A DNA stretch of 64,000 bases from Bdellovibrionota bacterium (GCA_044347345.1 JBIKUX010000006.1:1-64000); one strand, 5' to 3'; shown: positions 38,271 through 49,040, counted from the stretch's first letter. Made by a program: numbers and translations. The notes: a model not told the origin generated them from the sequence alone.

Positions 38271-40169
38271 GTGCACAGGAGTCTAATTCCAATACTAGTT
38301 ATTGCAATGGTGGCAAGTATGCTTGTGCCGCTGCCATCCTTTGTGATTGATTTATTACTTACAGCCAATCTTGTCAGTACGATTATTCTTTTATTGGCAA
38401 CGTTCTTTATTACTGAGCCATTGAAGCTTTCAGCCTTTCCCTCATTATTACTTTTGATGGCATTAGCAAGATTGTCGCTGAATATAGCCACTACTCGAAT
38501 GATCTTAAGTAAGGGGGAGGCGGGGTCAGCAATTGAAGCCTTCGGTTCAATTGTAATTTCTGAAAATCTAATTGTTGGATTTGTAACGTTTTCAATTATT
38601 ACTCTAGTGCAGCTAATAGTCGTAGCAAAAGGTGCTGAACGAGTAGCTGAAGTTTCTGCAAGATTTGCTCTTGATGCTCTTCCAGGAAAGCAAATGTCGA
38701 TCGATGCTGATTTGCGCACAGGATTAATCTCAATTGATGATGCAAGGAAGCGAAGAGACGAACTTCAGGCAGAATCCCGTTTATATGGTGCACTTGATGG
38801 TGCAATGAAGTTTATTAAAGGTGATGCAGTAGCGGGACTTCTTATAACTCTGGTAAATATTATTGGTGGTATCATTACAGGTGTTTGTGTTAGAGGACTA
38901 TCTTTTTCTGACGCTATAGATGCTTATATTTTACTTAGTGTCGGTGATGGCCTCTTATCGCAAATTCCAGCCCTTCTTAATGCGCTTGCCGCCGGAATTA
39001 TTGTTACGAGAGTTGTAAATGGTACAGACTCATCATTGGCGTTAGACCTTCCAAAACAATTAGGCTCTCTCTCCTTTGCGGCACCAGTAGCAACATTTTT
39101 ATCTCTAATTTTGAGCTTACTCGTGGGTCCAATCAGTATTTTTGTAGCAGTAGCTGCATGTGTATTAGCCATTATTCAAGCTCGTAAACGTATTAAGGAT
39201 AAACATCGCTCAGCAAAAAATCACAGAAAAGATGATTTTCATAGGTTGGTAAGACGTTTACCACCAGTAATTTCTATTGAACTATTAAATCTAAATGATT
39301 TATCTCCTGAGATTATAAATGAAGCGATGGAAAGTGTGAGATCTGAGTTTTGGCATCAAACTGGATTATGTTTTGACCTTCCAATCGTAAAGTTTTCAGG
39401 AATCGTAGATAACTCCAGAAGTTGTATGCGTATTTTTATTCATGGAGAGCAAGTTTTTCAATCTGAGATTGATAATCGGATCAATCACGCAGATGGTCTT
39501 CTGAAATTAATAAGTGATTACGTCCGCACAACTATGGTGAATGTTCTCCCAGATCTAATAACTGATTCGGTTGTTCGTCGATATATTGAGACATGTGAGC
39601 GAGAGGGATGTGAGCTAGGTTCATCAATTATACCTAATGTAATATCAATAACTCAAGTTACTGAATTGATAAGGTCTCTTGTTTCCGAAAGAGTACCACT
39701 AAGAAGTGGTAGACTTTTTCTTCAAGCTTTGGCTGAATCAGTTCCAAGATGTGGTTCTGGACGCATGCTAGTTGAAGAAATACGGATTGCGCTTCGTCGC
39801 TCTGTATTAGCACCATTCGGTATTCCTGGTTCTATTATTTCGTGTCGTGCTCTTCCTCCCTTGGCTGATTATTTAATTAGTAAAGCAGAGCGAGCGCAGT
39901 CAGCAGAAGACGCTGAGCTTCATCTTGCTATCGCAGAAGCCTGTAGCAATTGGGATCTTGATTTACCAATAATTGTCGGCCGTGGCGCTAGAAAAAGAGT
40001 GCGTGAAACCTTGTTAATGAGGAAAATTGATGTCCCAGTGCTCGCTTACGAAGAAGTATGTGATTACGAACTCGATATAGTACAGCTTGTTGATATACCT
40101 GAGCATCTGTTTGGCCTTCCTCAGATAAGTAATTCAAGTAGTAAAAATATCCAGGATCAAACAGTTTAG
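38271..40169 (+). CDS. sctV: SctV/FlhA (FHIPEP family) export gate
   Basis: FPSLLL..RLSLNIATTR, KGAERVAEVSARFALDALPGKQMSIDADL, LYGALDGAMKFIKGDA, GDGL. Confidence 0.93.
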   Translation: MHRSLIPILVIAMVASMLVPLPSFVIDLLLTANLVSTIILLLATFFITEPLKLSAFPSLLLLMALARLSLNIATTRMILSKGEAGSAIEAFGSIVISENLIVGFVTFSIITLVQLIVVAKGAERVAEVSARFALDALPGKQMSIDADLRTGLISIDDARKRRDELQAESRLYGALDGAMKFIKGDAVAGLLITLVNIIGGIITGVCVRGLSFSDAIDAYILLSVGDGLLSQIPALLNALAAGIIVTRVVNGTDSSLALDLPKQLGSLSFAAPVATFLSLILSLLVGPISIFVAVAACVLAIIQARKRIKDKHRSAKNHRKDDFHRLVRRLPPVISIELLNLNDLSPEIINEAMESVRSEFWHQTGLCFDLPIVKFSGIVDNSRSCMRIFIHGEQVFQSEIDNRINHADGLLKLISDYVRTTMVNVLPDLITDSVVRRYIETCEREGCELGSSIIPNVISITQVTELIRSLVSERVPLRSGRLFLQALAESVPRCGSGRMLVEEIRIALRRSVLAPFGIPGSIISCRALPPLADYLISKAERAQSAEDAELHLAIAEACSNWDLDLPIIVGRGARKRVRETLLMRKIDVPVLAYEEVCDYELDIVQLVDIPEHLFGLPQISNSSSKNIQDQTV

Positions 40170-40178
40170 GAGTCTCCT

Positions 40179-40715
40179 TTGTTAAGAAGAGTAAATTTAA
40201 TATCGATAGGTGCGGTAGCGTTAGTCTTAGCAGGTTGTGCTTCAAATGTGTATCGAGGCAAATATAGGGAAGAATATCCGGTAAAAGCTGCAAATGCTGT
40301 GAAAGACGGTAATCGGGCTTTAGATGAATTACGATTAGTTGATGCACATAGATTATATTTAGAATCCCTTAAGTGGTCATTGACACCTCAAGCTTATGAT
40401 GGACTTGGGCGTGTATTTTTTCGAGGTGGAGATATAAAAAATGCTGAAATTTATCTTCAGAAAGCTATTTCTCTAAATTCTGACTATGCGCCGTCTTATC
40501 GTAATCTTGCGTTGTTATATGAATACCAAGGAGAGTATCATAAGGCTGAGAGTTTTTATCGAACAGCAGTATTAGTAGATCCAGCTAATGCAGTTTCGCA
40601 CAGTAACTTTGCCGATTTTTTAAAAAAATATGAGCGAGGCAGTTCAAATGAATCGAGTTATCATTCTTGGATGGCACGGCAATTAAGCAAATATCTAATT
40701 TCCTCAGAGGAATAA
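40179..40715 (+). CDS. TPR lipoprotein (PilF/pilotin-like)
   Basis: Lipobox LAGC followed by TPR repeats. Confidence 0.75.
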   Translation: MLRRVNLISIGAVALVLAGCASNVYRGKYREEYPVKAANAVKDGNRALDELRLVDAHRLYLESLKWSLTPQAYDGLGRVFFRGGDIKNAEIYLQKAISLNSDYAPSYRNLALLYEYQGEYHKAESFYRTAVLVDPANAVSHSNFADFLKKYERGSSNESSYHSWMARQLSKYLISSEE

Positions 40716-40716
40716 A

Positions 40717-41031
40717 ATGACAAAAGAGAATGCCAAAAAAAAGACTAATTTAAGGGAACAAAAAAAAACCACGAGACAAGTTGAAACAAGCCTAGCTACA
40801 AAAAGCGCGGTTGAGTCTATAAAGTCAGTATGGGCTGAGGAAATAGCTAATTTGGCCTCAGTGGAGTTCTCTTCTGTTGAGGAAATAATTAAAGCTTTAG
40901 CTGAACAAGTGAGTAAGAGAACAGGCTTAAATAATCAAACTGATGTTTTTGCTATTATCAAGGAGTTAAAGGATGAAGATGAAACTTTAGACAATCTTCT
41001 TAAGTCATTAATAACAAACTCACCTAAATAA
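40717..41031 (+). CDS. hypothetical protein
   Basis: GAGG RBS; last gene of the cluster. Confidence 0.65.
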   Translation: MTKENAKKKTNLREQKKTTRQVETSLATKSAVESIKSVWAEEIANLASVEFSSVEEIIKALAEQVSKRTGLNNQTDVFAIIKELKDEDETLDNLLKSLITNSPK

Positions 41032-41109
41032 ATTTGCCTAAGTGATAAATTGTATCATTAGTAAGGCTATCATTAGTAAAACAACAGAAGCCTTAAGATT
41101 GCGGACATT

Positions 41110-41913
41110 TTAAGATAGGGCACCGGTGCTAAATAACTGAATCGCTGAGTCAAGAGAAAGTAAGGAGATTCTGTTTGAATTTTGTAGTTTTTGTCTATCA
41201 GAATTTGTTATATAACCCCATTCAGCTAAAAGTAGCTTTACTGAATCTAGCTCATTTGAGCCCTCAACTCCGAGCAAAGTCTCTAATCGATCTTCAATAA
41301 ATATAACGCTGTGCGAAGAATTATTTAACAACATCTTAAGATATTCTTTCTTGTCACCATCTTCACCAGCATAAAGTAGATTATCGCTCCATGATAAGCC
41401 ATTGTAGCTGAGTAGGAGCTTAACGAATCTACGCGGTTTTTTTGTTACAATATGAAGAGTGTGATTATTATTAGCTTGTCCTTCCGCTAAAGCAGTTGTG
41501 ATACCAGGAAAAAATGGATTAGATTTTTGCCACTCTTTTGTACTCCTAGCTATTAATTCGTCTCTGGTTTCACCGATGATTAATAACGCATCTTCTCGTG
41601 AAAATGGCACCTTATTTTCATTTTCAAGATTTTCTCGAAACTTATGAAAATCTTCGTTTGATGGAATACAATTGATTAGTTCCTTATTCCGTAAAGATTC
41701 GTTAACAAAATAAGCTAGTAGGATTAGTTCATAGCAATCATGAATAACCGGACGCCATAGTCGATAGGTTTCATAAAAATCAGACGAAGGGGATTCTGAA
41801 AAAATATTGGGCCATATTTTTCTACTAGTTTCCCAAGCTGCTAAACTGGCCTCATTTGCGGAATCGCATATGACTCCGTCGAAATCTATGGCTATATGAC
41901 AATGTGTTCTCAT
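41110..41913 (-). CDS. HAD-superfamily hydrolase
   Basis: DFDGVICDS motif I, FIEDR, WGY. Confidence 0.85.
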   Translation of the reverse strand: MRTHCHIAIDFDGVICDSANEASLAAWETSRKIWPNIFSESPSSDFYETYRLWRPVIHDCYELILLAYFVNESLRNKELINCIPSNEDFHKFRENLENENKVPFSREDALLIIGETRDELIARSTKEWQKSNPFFPGITTALAEGQANNNHTLHIVTKKPRRFVKLLLSYNGLSWSDNLLYAGEDGDKKEYLKMLLNNSSHSVIFIEDRLETLLGVEGSNELDSVKLLLAEWGYITNSDRQKLQNSNRISLLSLDSAIQLFSTGALS

Positions 41914-41924
41914 TGAAAATTAGA

Positions 41925-42575
41925 CTATGCTTTTTTGATACCTTGAATCTCTAATTCGATTGTTATCTCATCACCTACCACCAATGCTCCAGTTTCAATG
42001 AGTTTACTCCACGTAAGACCATAATCCTTTCGGTTAATTTTTGTTGTACCTAAGAATGCTACTCGATCTTTACCGAATAAATCTTTTGCAGATCCTAAAT
42101 ATTCAACCGATAACGAAACAGGGCGAGTTACATCACGGATGGTAAGGTCACCGTTAACAATAAAATTTTTGTCATCTTTAACACTAACACTTTTGCTGAC
42201 AAACTTAATAAAGGGAAACTTGGCTTCGCTGAAGAAGTCATCACTTTTGAGATGGTTGTCTCTTTTTTCCTGAGAAGTATTGATACTTTTGACCTTAAGC
42301 GAAGCTGAAGTTGTTGATGCCGGAATATTTTTCGGATCAAAAGTAATTGAACCAGAGAAATCGCTGAACTGTCCGGCAACATTTGAAATACCGAGGTGCT
42401 TTACTTTGAATCCTACTCGACTATGAGTTCCGTCTATTTCAAATTCTTCACTAAAACTTGGCGACGTCACCATCACTACAGTTATAGCGAGAACACTTAT
42501 AGTGCTAATACGAAAAAAATTAACAACAGACCTAGCATATTTGAGGGAGTGGGTCATATTCATATGCGTTCTCAC
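41925..42575 (-). CDS. yceI: YceI-family lipid/polyisoprenoid-binding protein
   Basis: HSRVGFKVKH, RDNHLKSDDFF, GDLTIRDVTRP. Confidence 0.92.
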   Translation of the reverse strand: MRTHMNMTHSLKYARSVVNFFRISTISVLAITVVMVTSPSFSEEFEIDGTHSRVGFKVKHLGISNVAGQFSDFSGSITFDPKNIPASTTSASLKVKSINTSQEKRDNHLKSDDFFSEAKFPFIKFVSKSVSVKDDKNFIVNGDLTIRDVTRPVSLSVEYLGSAKDLFGKDRVAFLGTTKINRKDYGLTWSKLIETGALVVGDEITIELEIQGIKKA

Positions 42576-42666
42576 CGAGAATTAAAAGTATGATTGCGAT
42601 TTGTTAGATTAGTCACTTAGAAGCTGATATGGCAACAAGAAAGAATAATTTTTTTGTTCCTAAGCT

Positions 42667-43809
42667 CTATGAAGTTAATGCTTCTTTGTAAAGAGAATCA
42701 TAGTTAGCGGCACATTCAGAAATATAAGTTGGTTTTGGAACTTCAAAAGAGCGCCAAGAATCATTTTCTAAAAACCACCTTAGAGTCTCACTTATACATT
42801 GAATATCACCCGCCCGAAATTTTTTGCCATTTATGCCGTCATGTACTCTACTTCCAAGGGCGCCGATATCAGATACTGCTGCTATTTTTTGACCCGCCCA
42901 AATTTCTGATAGCACTATGCAAAAAGTTTCTGGGAAAATACTTGGAATTACCGCTACATCAAACATTGATAAAATTACTGAAAGATCTGCCTCATCAAAT
43001 GCGCCGTGATAAAAAATCCGTTCTGTTGACTTAGGCAACTCTTGTGCTCCTCCAAATAAATGAAGCTCAGTATTGGGGTAGTCTCGTTGTAATATGTTAA
43101 AGCCAGCAACAAGGCTTTGCCATCCTTTCTGGGGAATAAGAGCACCTAAATAGCCAAAGCGAAAATTAGTCCACTTGTTTTTTGGGACAACACATTTAAA
43201 AGGATTAATTCCGTAGGGGATAATCTGAAAGGTATTATTAAAAACGACCGACAGCTTTGAAGCTAAAAATTCTGATGGTACAACCGCGTAGTTTGTACTT
43301 TCAATTGATTCAGTCAAAACGGCGCGACGGTCTATTAAATATTTTGAAATATCATTATTAAACCAAGTTAAGGCGTATTCTGGCGATACAACCTTCAAAG
43401 GGTCATCTTCTCCTTGTAGCGTCCATAATGGAGTGAGTGCAAAGTAGTCGTGAAAACTAATCACAGTTTTAATACCACTTAAGCGAGCTTGTTCAATCAC
43501 ACCAAGATGCCAACCTAAAAAATGCATAATATGGATAAGGTCGGGTTTGACTATATCTAGTATTTTTTTGAGAGAAGCCGATATGTGAGGGGCATTATAT
43601 GGGGCTAAAATACTGAGAGATTCGGATGGGAAGCTTGTGTGATGACCTTGAGGACTTCTTAAGTATAGCTGACCTTGTGCCGGATAAGTAATCCAAAACT
43701 GATATTTGGTGCTTAAATACGCACTTAAAGTTCTAACATGCCCTTCTACCCCTGCCCGATTATATAGTGAGTGTGTAATTATCAGTATGCGCGGAGAAGT
43801 CTGACTCAT
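42667..43809 (-). CDS. glycosyltransferase family 4
   Basis: HDYF, KG, PSIFPETFCIVLSE. Confidence 0.88.
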   Translation of the reverse strand: MSQTSPRILIITHSLYNRAGVEGHVRTLSAYLSTKYQFWITYPAQGQLYLRSPQGHHTSFPSESLSILAPYNAPHISASLKKILDIVKPDLIHIMHFLGWHLGVIEQARLSGIKTVISFHDYFALTPLWTLQGEDDPLKVVSPEYALTWFNNDISKYLIDRRAVLTESIESTNYAVVPSEFLASKLSVVFNNTFQIIPYGINPFKCVVPKNKWTNFRFGYLGALIPQKGWQSLVAGFNILQRDYPNTELHLFGGAQELPKSTERIFYHGAFDEADLSVILSMFDVAVIPSIFPETFCIVLSEIWAGQKIAAVSDIGALGSRVHDGINGKKFRAGDIQCISETLRWFLENDSWRSFEVPKPTYISECAANYDSLYKEALTS

Positions 43810-43864
43810 AAGCTAAGTATTTTAATGTAATACTTACAAATAACTTTTTTCTTGAATTTACACT

Positions 43865-44926
43865 ATGAACATTTTTTTTCTTGCAGGGAAGTGTTTGCCT
43901 ATTCATGCTTATTCCTTAGATGAGCGTCCGCTTGGGGGCACCGAAACATCAATAATTAGAGTCGCTGATTTTTTGCAGAAAGCTGGACATGAAGTAACGG
44001 TTTTTTCATCTCATCGTTCTCCTCCTGAGTCATCTCCAAAGTATCGCTCTGTTGCTGATATCTCTACAGCTGAGCCAGCTGATATTTTGATAGCGGTGCA
44101 AGATTGGTGGCCATTATTTTGGCCGATAAAAGCTTCCAGACGGATGTTTTGGACCGGTGATGGAGCTGAACAATATTTGACTTACGGTTTAGGTGACAAG
44201 CGCGTGCAGAAACAGATTGATCTTCTGTTAGTAGCAAGCAATTGGCACGCTCAACATCTTTGTGAGGAAAGCGGATTTCCTATTAGTCGCACCGTAAGCG
44301 TTGGATGTGGAGTCAATTTAGATTGGTTTGGTGGTGGCGAACAGCGAAATAGAAAAAGACTAATTTACACTTCTACTCCTTATCGCGGTTTGGAACTTGT
44401 TCCAAGTTTATATCTGGAATTGAAGAAAAAACATCCAGACCTTGAACTAAGAGTATTTTCTGGATTAAGCGTTTACGATACTGATACGAAGTTTAGTGGT
44501 CTAAGAAAACAGCAATTTGATGACCTTCTTCCAATTATTAAATCTCTTCCCGATTGCCAATATTTTGGAAATATTCTGCAACAAGATTTAGCTCGTGAGT
44601 TAATGCGCTCAGGTTTATACTTTTACCCTAACACTTGGCGAGAGACCGCTTGTATTTGCTGTATTGAGGCCAAGGCAGCTGGATGTCCGATAGTAACAAC
44701 AAATTACGGAGCTCTTTCAGAAACTGTGGGTAAGGGAGGAATAGTTATTGATTCACAACCTGGAACATTAGATTACAGTAGAAAATTCCTAAATGCTTGT
44801 GATCGAATAATTTGTGATGATCAACTTTTTACTCAACTCTCGAAAAATGGACGCTTGGAAGTGTCTCAAAAATTTAGTTGGGAGCATGTGGGACAAAGAT
44901 TTTTAGATTTATTAAGTGATTTTTAA
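43865..44926 (+). CDS. glycosyltransferase family 4-like
   Basis: LGGTE, YTSTPYRGL, ETACICCIEAKAAGCP. Confidence 0.85.
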   Translation: MNIFFLAGKCLPIHAYSLDERPLGGTETSIIRVADFLQKAGHEVTVFSSHRSPPESSPKYRSVADISTAEPADILIAVQDWWPLFWPIKASRRMFWTGDGAEQYLTYGLGDKRVQKQIDLLLVASNWHAQHLCEESGFPISRTVSVGCGVNLDWFGGGEQRNRKRLIYTSTPYRGLELVPSLYLELKKKHPDLELRVFSGLSVYDTDTKFSGLRKQQFDDLLPIIKSLPDCQYFGNILQQDLARELMRSGLYFYPNTWRETACICCIEAKAAGCPIVTTNYGALSETVGKGGIVIDSQPGTLDYSRKFLNACDRIICDDQLFTQLSKNGRLEVSQKFSWEHVGQRFLDLLSDF

Positions 44927-45062
44927 TATTTTGAACCATTGATTGTGAATAAGATGTGGCATTATGAAACCGAGAAAGAAAGTAAAATAATGCTTGTATA
45001 CTTATTATTTAAAACATATGTAAAATGTAATCTGGTTAAAGCATGAGAACCCGAGATAAAAA

Positions 45063-46286
45063 GTGAAAACAAAGCTGTCTCTTCTTTTATTGGCCTTTAC
45101 ATTAATTATACATACAAATTTATTCGCTGAATCTGATCATTCGGTAGCCACTTCAGATACCTCAAATACTTCAGACACTTCTGATTCTATCAAGCAATCA
45201 ATGAAGACTCTTTATACTGAGTTTCGTAATCTTCATCCATTTATGGTGTCTCGAGAAAACTTTTTGATGACCAAGAATCAAAACGAAATATCAGGTATTC
45301 TTACACGTTTAAAAACAACAGTTGATTCATTGGAAAAAGTGCATCCACTTTTTAAAAGTCATCAAAATTTAGACGGAATTCTTTTGACTTTGTATGATAC
45401 TTTAGCGGACGCTGAAAGAGGTTTTAGTGAAGGTAGAAAAGGGTGGGCATTATGGCGTCTCAGGTCAGTAGCTAATGCCTGTATGACTTGTCATATTTCC
45501 TACAAAAAAGACCTCAAATTTTGTGATTCCTCAGAACCAGAATTAAATGAAAGCGATTACAGTAAAGGAGAATTTTATTTAGCTACTCGTCAGTTCGGCC
45601 GTGCAAAAGATGCTTTTATGAAAGCAGTACTTAAAGAGCCACTGCTACCTGCATCTGATTATCAACGCATTGATGCACTTCGCAAATGGTTAACTGTTTA
45701 TACTAGGGTGACAAATAGCCCAGATGAAGCTCTGAACCAGTTAAATGAAATTTCTAGAAAGGTTAAGTTTCTTGCTTTTGAATTGGAAGAGATTAGTGCA
45801 TGGGTAGAGTCATTAAAGAATTGGCAGCAAGAGAATAAGCCTAAAATTCTAGTTCCGTTAGTTCGTCAAGCTGAAAATCTGCTACGTCGAGGTCTGACTC
45901 ACGATGATCCAATATTTGCGACTCAAGTAGGTACTGTAGAGCTTCTAAGAGCGACCTCATTACTTCATGCTACTCTTGAAGAACAAAAAGCATTATCGTC
46001 AGCCGAAAGAGGACATATCTTATATTTGTTGGGCTTTGCCTATGCGCGTCTTCCACAGTTTTTTATTAATGAACTTCCTGAAATTTATCTGGAGCAAGCT
46101 ATACGAGAAAGTCCAAAATCAGATGCAGCATTGCGGGCAATTAGACTTTATACTCAATTAATTACTCAGGAGTATACGGGAAGTGGTGGGACTCATATAC
46201 CAGAAGAGATTCTTGGTAAACTCTCCGAGTTACACCGAATTGCCACTGAAGGTCGCGTTACTGAAGGAAGGCCTTCAAAAGAATAA
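45063..46286 (+). CDS. exported c-type heme (CxxCH) protein with helical/TPR-like repeats
   Basis: Signal peptide and a single CMTCH motif. Confidence 0.7.
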   Translation: MKTKLSLLLLAFTLIIHTNLFAESDHSVATSDTSNTSDTSDSIKQSMKTLYTEFRNLHPFMVSRENFLMTKNQNEISGILTRLKTTVDSLEKVHPLFKSHQNLDGILLTLYDTLADAERGFSEGRKGWALWRLRSVANACMTCHISYKKDLKFCDSSEPELNESDYSKGEFYLATRQFGRAKDAFMKAVLKEPLLPASDYQRIDALRKWLTVYTRVTNSPDEALNQLNEISRKVKFLAFELEEISAWVESLKNWQQENKPKILVPLVRQAENLLRRGLTHDDPIFATQVGTVELLRATSLLHATLEEQKALSSAERGHILYLLGFAYARLPQFFINELPEIYLEQAIRESPKSDAALRAIRLYTQLITQEYTGSGGTHIPEEILGKLSELHRIATEGRVTEGRPSKE

Positions 46287-46346
46287 AAGCTCTTATAGGT
46301 TAACTGTTAGGTTCAATATTTACTATAGTTAGAATATCTTGTTTTG

Positions 46347-48107
46347 TTATTCAGCTAATAAATCCAAAATTTCTAATTGTCTTGTTTCGTATTTCTCTCG
46401 GTCATCACTTAAATGTTGAAGTAGCTCAAAGTCTCCCTCTAGACCAGCTTTTTCAATGTCTTGAGTGTTATTTTTCAGGAGTTTGTCTAGGGAAGAAAAT
46501 TCAGCCTCCAATTGTTTTCGCTTTAGCGGATTAAGGCTCTTTTTTTCGTCATTTTTATCCTTTTTTTGCTTTATTGGACTATTAGATTTGGATGGGCTAA
46601 TACACTCTTGTTCGTCAGCTCCCCATCCTTTTTGCGAGAGAAATTCATCGTATGATCCTGGAAAAAATTCTGCACCGTTTGAAGTGAATACAATAAGCGA
46701 AGTGCACAGCGCACGCAGGACAGTTTCGCTGTGAGTTACTACGGCAATACCACCTGAAAAAGATTTAAGAGCATCAATTAGTGCTTCTATAGATTCCATG
46801 TCAAGATGGCTTGTCGGCTCATCTAATAGAAGCAGATTTACGGGAGTAGCTAAGATTCGACCGAGAAGAACGCGACTTTTTTCTCCACCTGAGAGTACTC
46901 CTATCTTTTTATCTCCACTGTCACCACCAAAAAGCATAGCGCCACAGATCGCTCGTATTTTGGTTCGAGAAAGCATAGGATTAGCATCCTGAATCTCCTC
47001 TTCAATACGTTTCAAGTCATTTAGACGAGAGATATTGGTTTGTCCAAAATATCCAATAGATGTAGCCTCATGAAGAGCCACTAGACCTTCTAATGGCTTT
47101 ATTTCTTGAGCTAGTAATTTAAGTAATGTTGATTTACCCCTACCATTTTTGCCAATTATTCCAATACGAGCATCTTTACTTATTGTGATGGAAAGTCCTT
47201 GTATCAGTAGAGGGCCATCAGGGTACCGGAAAGATAAATCTTTTGTACGACCGAGAGATGGTGCTGAAAAAGGCTTTTGTGAAAACATAAATGAAAGATT
47301 GTTGATAGTGCTGAGAGCCTCATGTTGCTCCATTTTCTGCAAAGCCTTAACTCTTGATTGCACAAGAGTCGCTTTTGATGCTTTTGCACGAAATCTATCA
47401 ATAAATTCTTGAATTTCTTCTCGTCTTTTTTCAGTATTAACGCGAGTTTTTTCGTATGTTTCTTCATCTTGGGCAATTAGTTTTTCCAGTTTTCTTGTTC
47501 CGCCAAGAGCCTTTCTGATTTTATACCGATGAATTCCTAAAGTATGGGTAGTAATGCTATCCATAAAGTCACGATCGTGGGAGATTAGCATAAGTTCACC
47601 CCGCCACTCATTAAGCTCTCTTTGAAGCCATCTTACAGAAATAATATCAAGGTAATTGGTTGGTTCATCTAGTAAGAGAAGATCCGGATCAGAGAGAAGA
47701 AGCTTGGCTAAATTGATGCGAATTTGCCATCCTCCAGAAAAGGTTGAGGGAGAGTTTAAAAGAGAATCTTGCTCAAACCCTAACCCCATAAGTATTCGCT
47801 CGGCACGCCAAGATGAATCACTCCTTTGAGATTCAGGTAATCCCAAACATGCTTCAGCAAGCACAGAATCTTCGGTAAATATAAGAGTTTGAGGAAGGTG
47901 ACCAATTCGGTAGCCACGGGGAATATTTATCTTTCCATCATCTGGCTCCTCTTGCCCAAGTAAAAGCCGAAAAAGGGTTGATTTGCCATGCCCGTTACGA
48001 CCGATAACACCTACCCGTTCTCGACGCTCTAGCGAAAAGCTTGCATCATTGAAGAGTAAATTTGTACCGTACGATTTTGAAATACTCGCTACTTGAATCA
48101 TATACAA
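46347..48107 (-). CDS. ABC-F family ATPase
   Basis: Two NBDs (GRNGHGKST, GKNGRGKST; LLLLDEPT twice) and no TM domain. Confidence 0.93.
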   Translation of the reverse strand: MYMIQVASISKSYGTNLLFNDASFSLERRERVGVIGRNGHGKSTLFRLLLGQEEPDDGKINIPRGYRIGHLPQTLIFTEDSVLAEACLGLPESQRSDSSWRAERILMGLGFEQDSLLNSPSTFSGGWQIRINLAKLLLSDPDLLLLDEPTNYLDIISVRWLQRELNEWRGELMLISHDRDFMDSITTHTLGIHRYKIRKALGGTRKLEKLIAQDEETYEKTRVNTEKRREEIQEFIDRFRAKASKATLVQSRVKALQKMEQHEALSTINNLSFMFSQKPFSAPSLGRTKDLSFRYPDGPLLIQGLSITISKDARIGIIGKNGRGKSTLLKLLAQEIKPLEGLVALHEATSIGYFGQTNISRLNDLKRIEEEIQDANPMLSRTKIRAICGAMLFGGDSGDKKIGVLSGGEKSRVLLGRILATPVNLLLLDEPTSHLDMESIEALIDALKSFSGGIAVVTHSETVLRALCTSLIVFTSNGAEFFPGSYDEFLSQKGWGADEQECISPSKSNSPIKQKKDKNDEKKSLNPLKRKQLEAEFSSLDKLLKNNTQDIEKAGLEGDFELLQHLSDDREKYETRQLEILDLLAE

Positions 48108-48139
48108 TCGCCTATCCGTTTCATATCAACAATGCCGTC

Positions 48140-48964
48140 ATGAGCTATATACTTTCAAGTCTATCTGCTGTTTTTATCGGAATGGCTATGGGTTTTATGG
48201 GTGGAGGTGGTGGAATATTAACAGTGCCTCTTCTTCGGTTTGGTTTTGACCATCATGAAAAAGTAGCTATTGCTGAATCATTAGTAATGGTTAGCCTTGT
48301 AGGAGTGGTAACAACCTTAAGTATCCTACGAGAGGGAATAATTTGGTGGCGTGGTGTTGCATTGCTTGCTATTACTGGCTCCATAGGCTCATTTGTCGGC
48401 AGTTACATATCTTTTTTCGTCACAGGATATACGCAGCTTTTTTGGTTATCCCTGATAATGCTAGTAGCTTCAGGATTAATGTTTAGACCGAATTATTCAG
48501 AGATTAATGATGCACAGTCAGTGGAAAAATCATTAAACGATAATTTGATGTCCGGTTTAACACTCAGGAGTAAGTTATGCGGACTGATAGCTGGATTTAT
48601 GTGTGGCATTCTGACTGGTTTTTTGGGGGTTGGAGGAGGATTTTTACTAGTCCCAGTTTTATACGCTATATTTATAGTGCCCATGCCGGTTGCAGTTGCT
48701 ACTAGCTTAGCTATTTTATCTTTTAACGCTTCAGTAGGACTTGTTTATCATCTTCCAAAGCTTGTAGAAGAAAAATTGCAAATTGATGTTTTCTTCATTT
48801 TATCTTTTGTAATTGCTGGTCAAGGAGGGGGATATATTGGCCGGATTTTGGCCAAAAGGGTGTCTCCCCGACTAACTAGACTAATTTTTGCTACCTTTCT
48901 TCTATTTTCCGCTATTGGGGTATTTACTGCGATAAACTTACCGCAGTTACCTCTTCCCGAATAA
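48140..48964 (+). CDS. TauE/SafE (TSUP) family exporter
   Basis: GGGGGIL..P and GVGGGFLLVP repeats; the ATG at 48140 is the likely start. Confidence 0.88.
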   Translation: MSYILSSLSAVFIGMAMGFMGGGGGILTVPLLRFGFDHHEKVAIAESLVMVSLVGVVTTLSILREGIIWWRGVALLAITGSIGSFVGSYISFFVTGYTQLFWLSLIMLVASGLMFRPNYSEINDAQSVEKSLNDNLMSGLTLRSKLCGLIAGFMCGILTGFLGVGGGFLLVPVLYAIFIVPMPVAVATSLAILSFNASVGLVYHLPKLVEEKLQIDVFFILSFVIAGQGGGYIGRILAKRVSPRLTRLIFATFLLFSAIGVFTAINLPQLPLPE

Positions 48965-49040
48965 AAAAAAAAGGCACAGTATAGAACTTTCTCTAAACAG
49001 AGAAATTTGTAAAAAATATGTTTGTTCTGCTGGAGTATAT

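Noticed and set aside
38198-38719. 173-aa minus-strand ORF
   Set aside because: Antisense shadow of the conserved sctV/flhA TM region.
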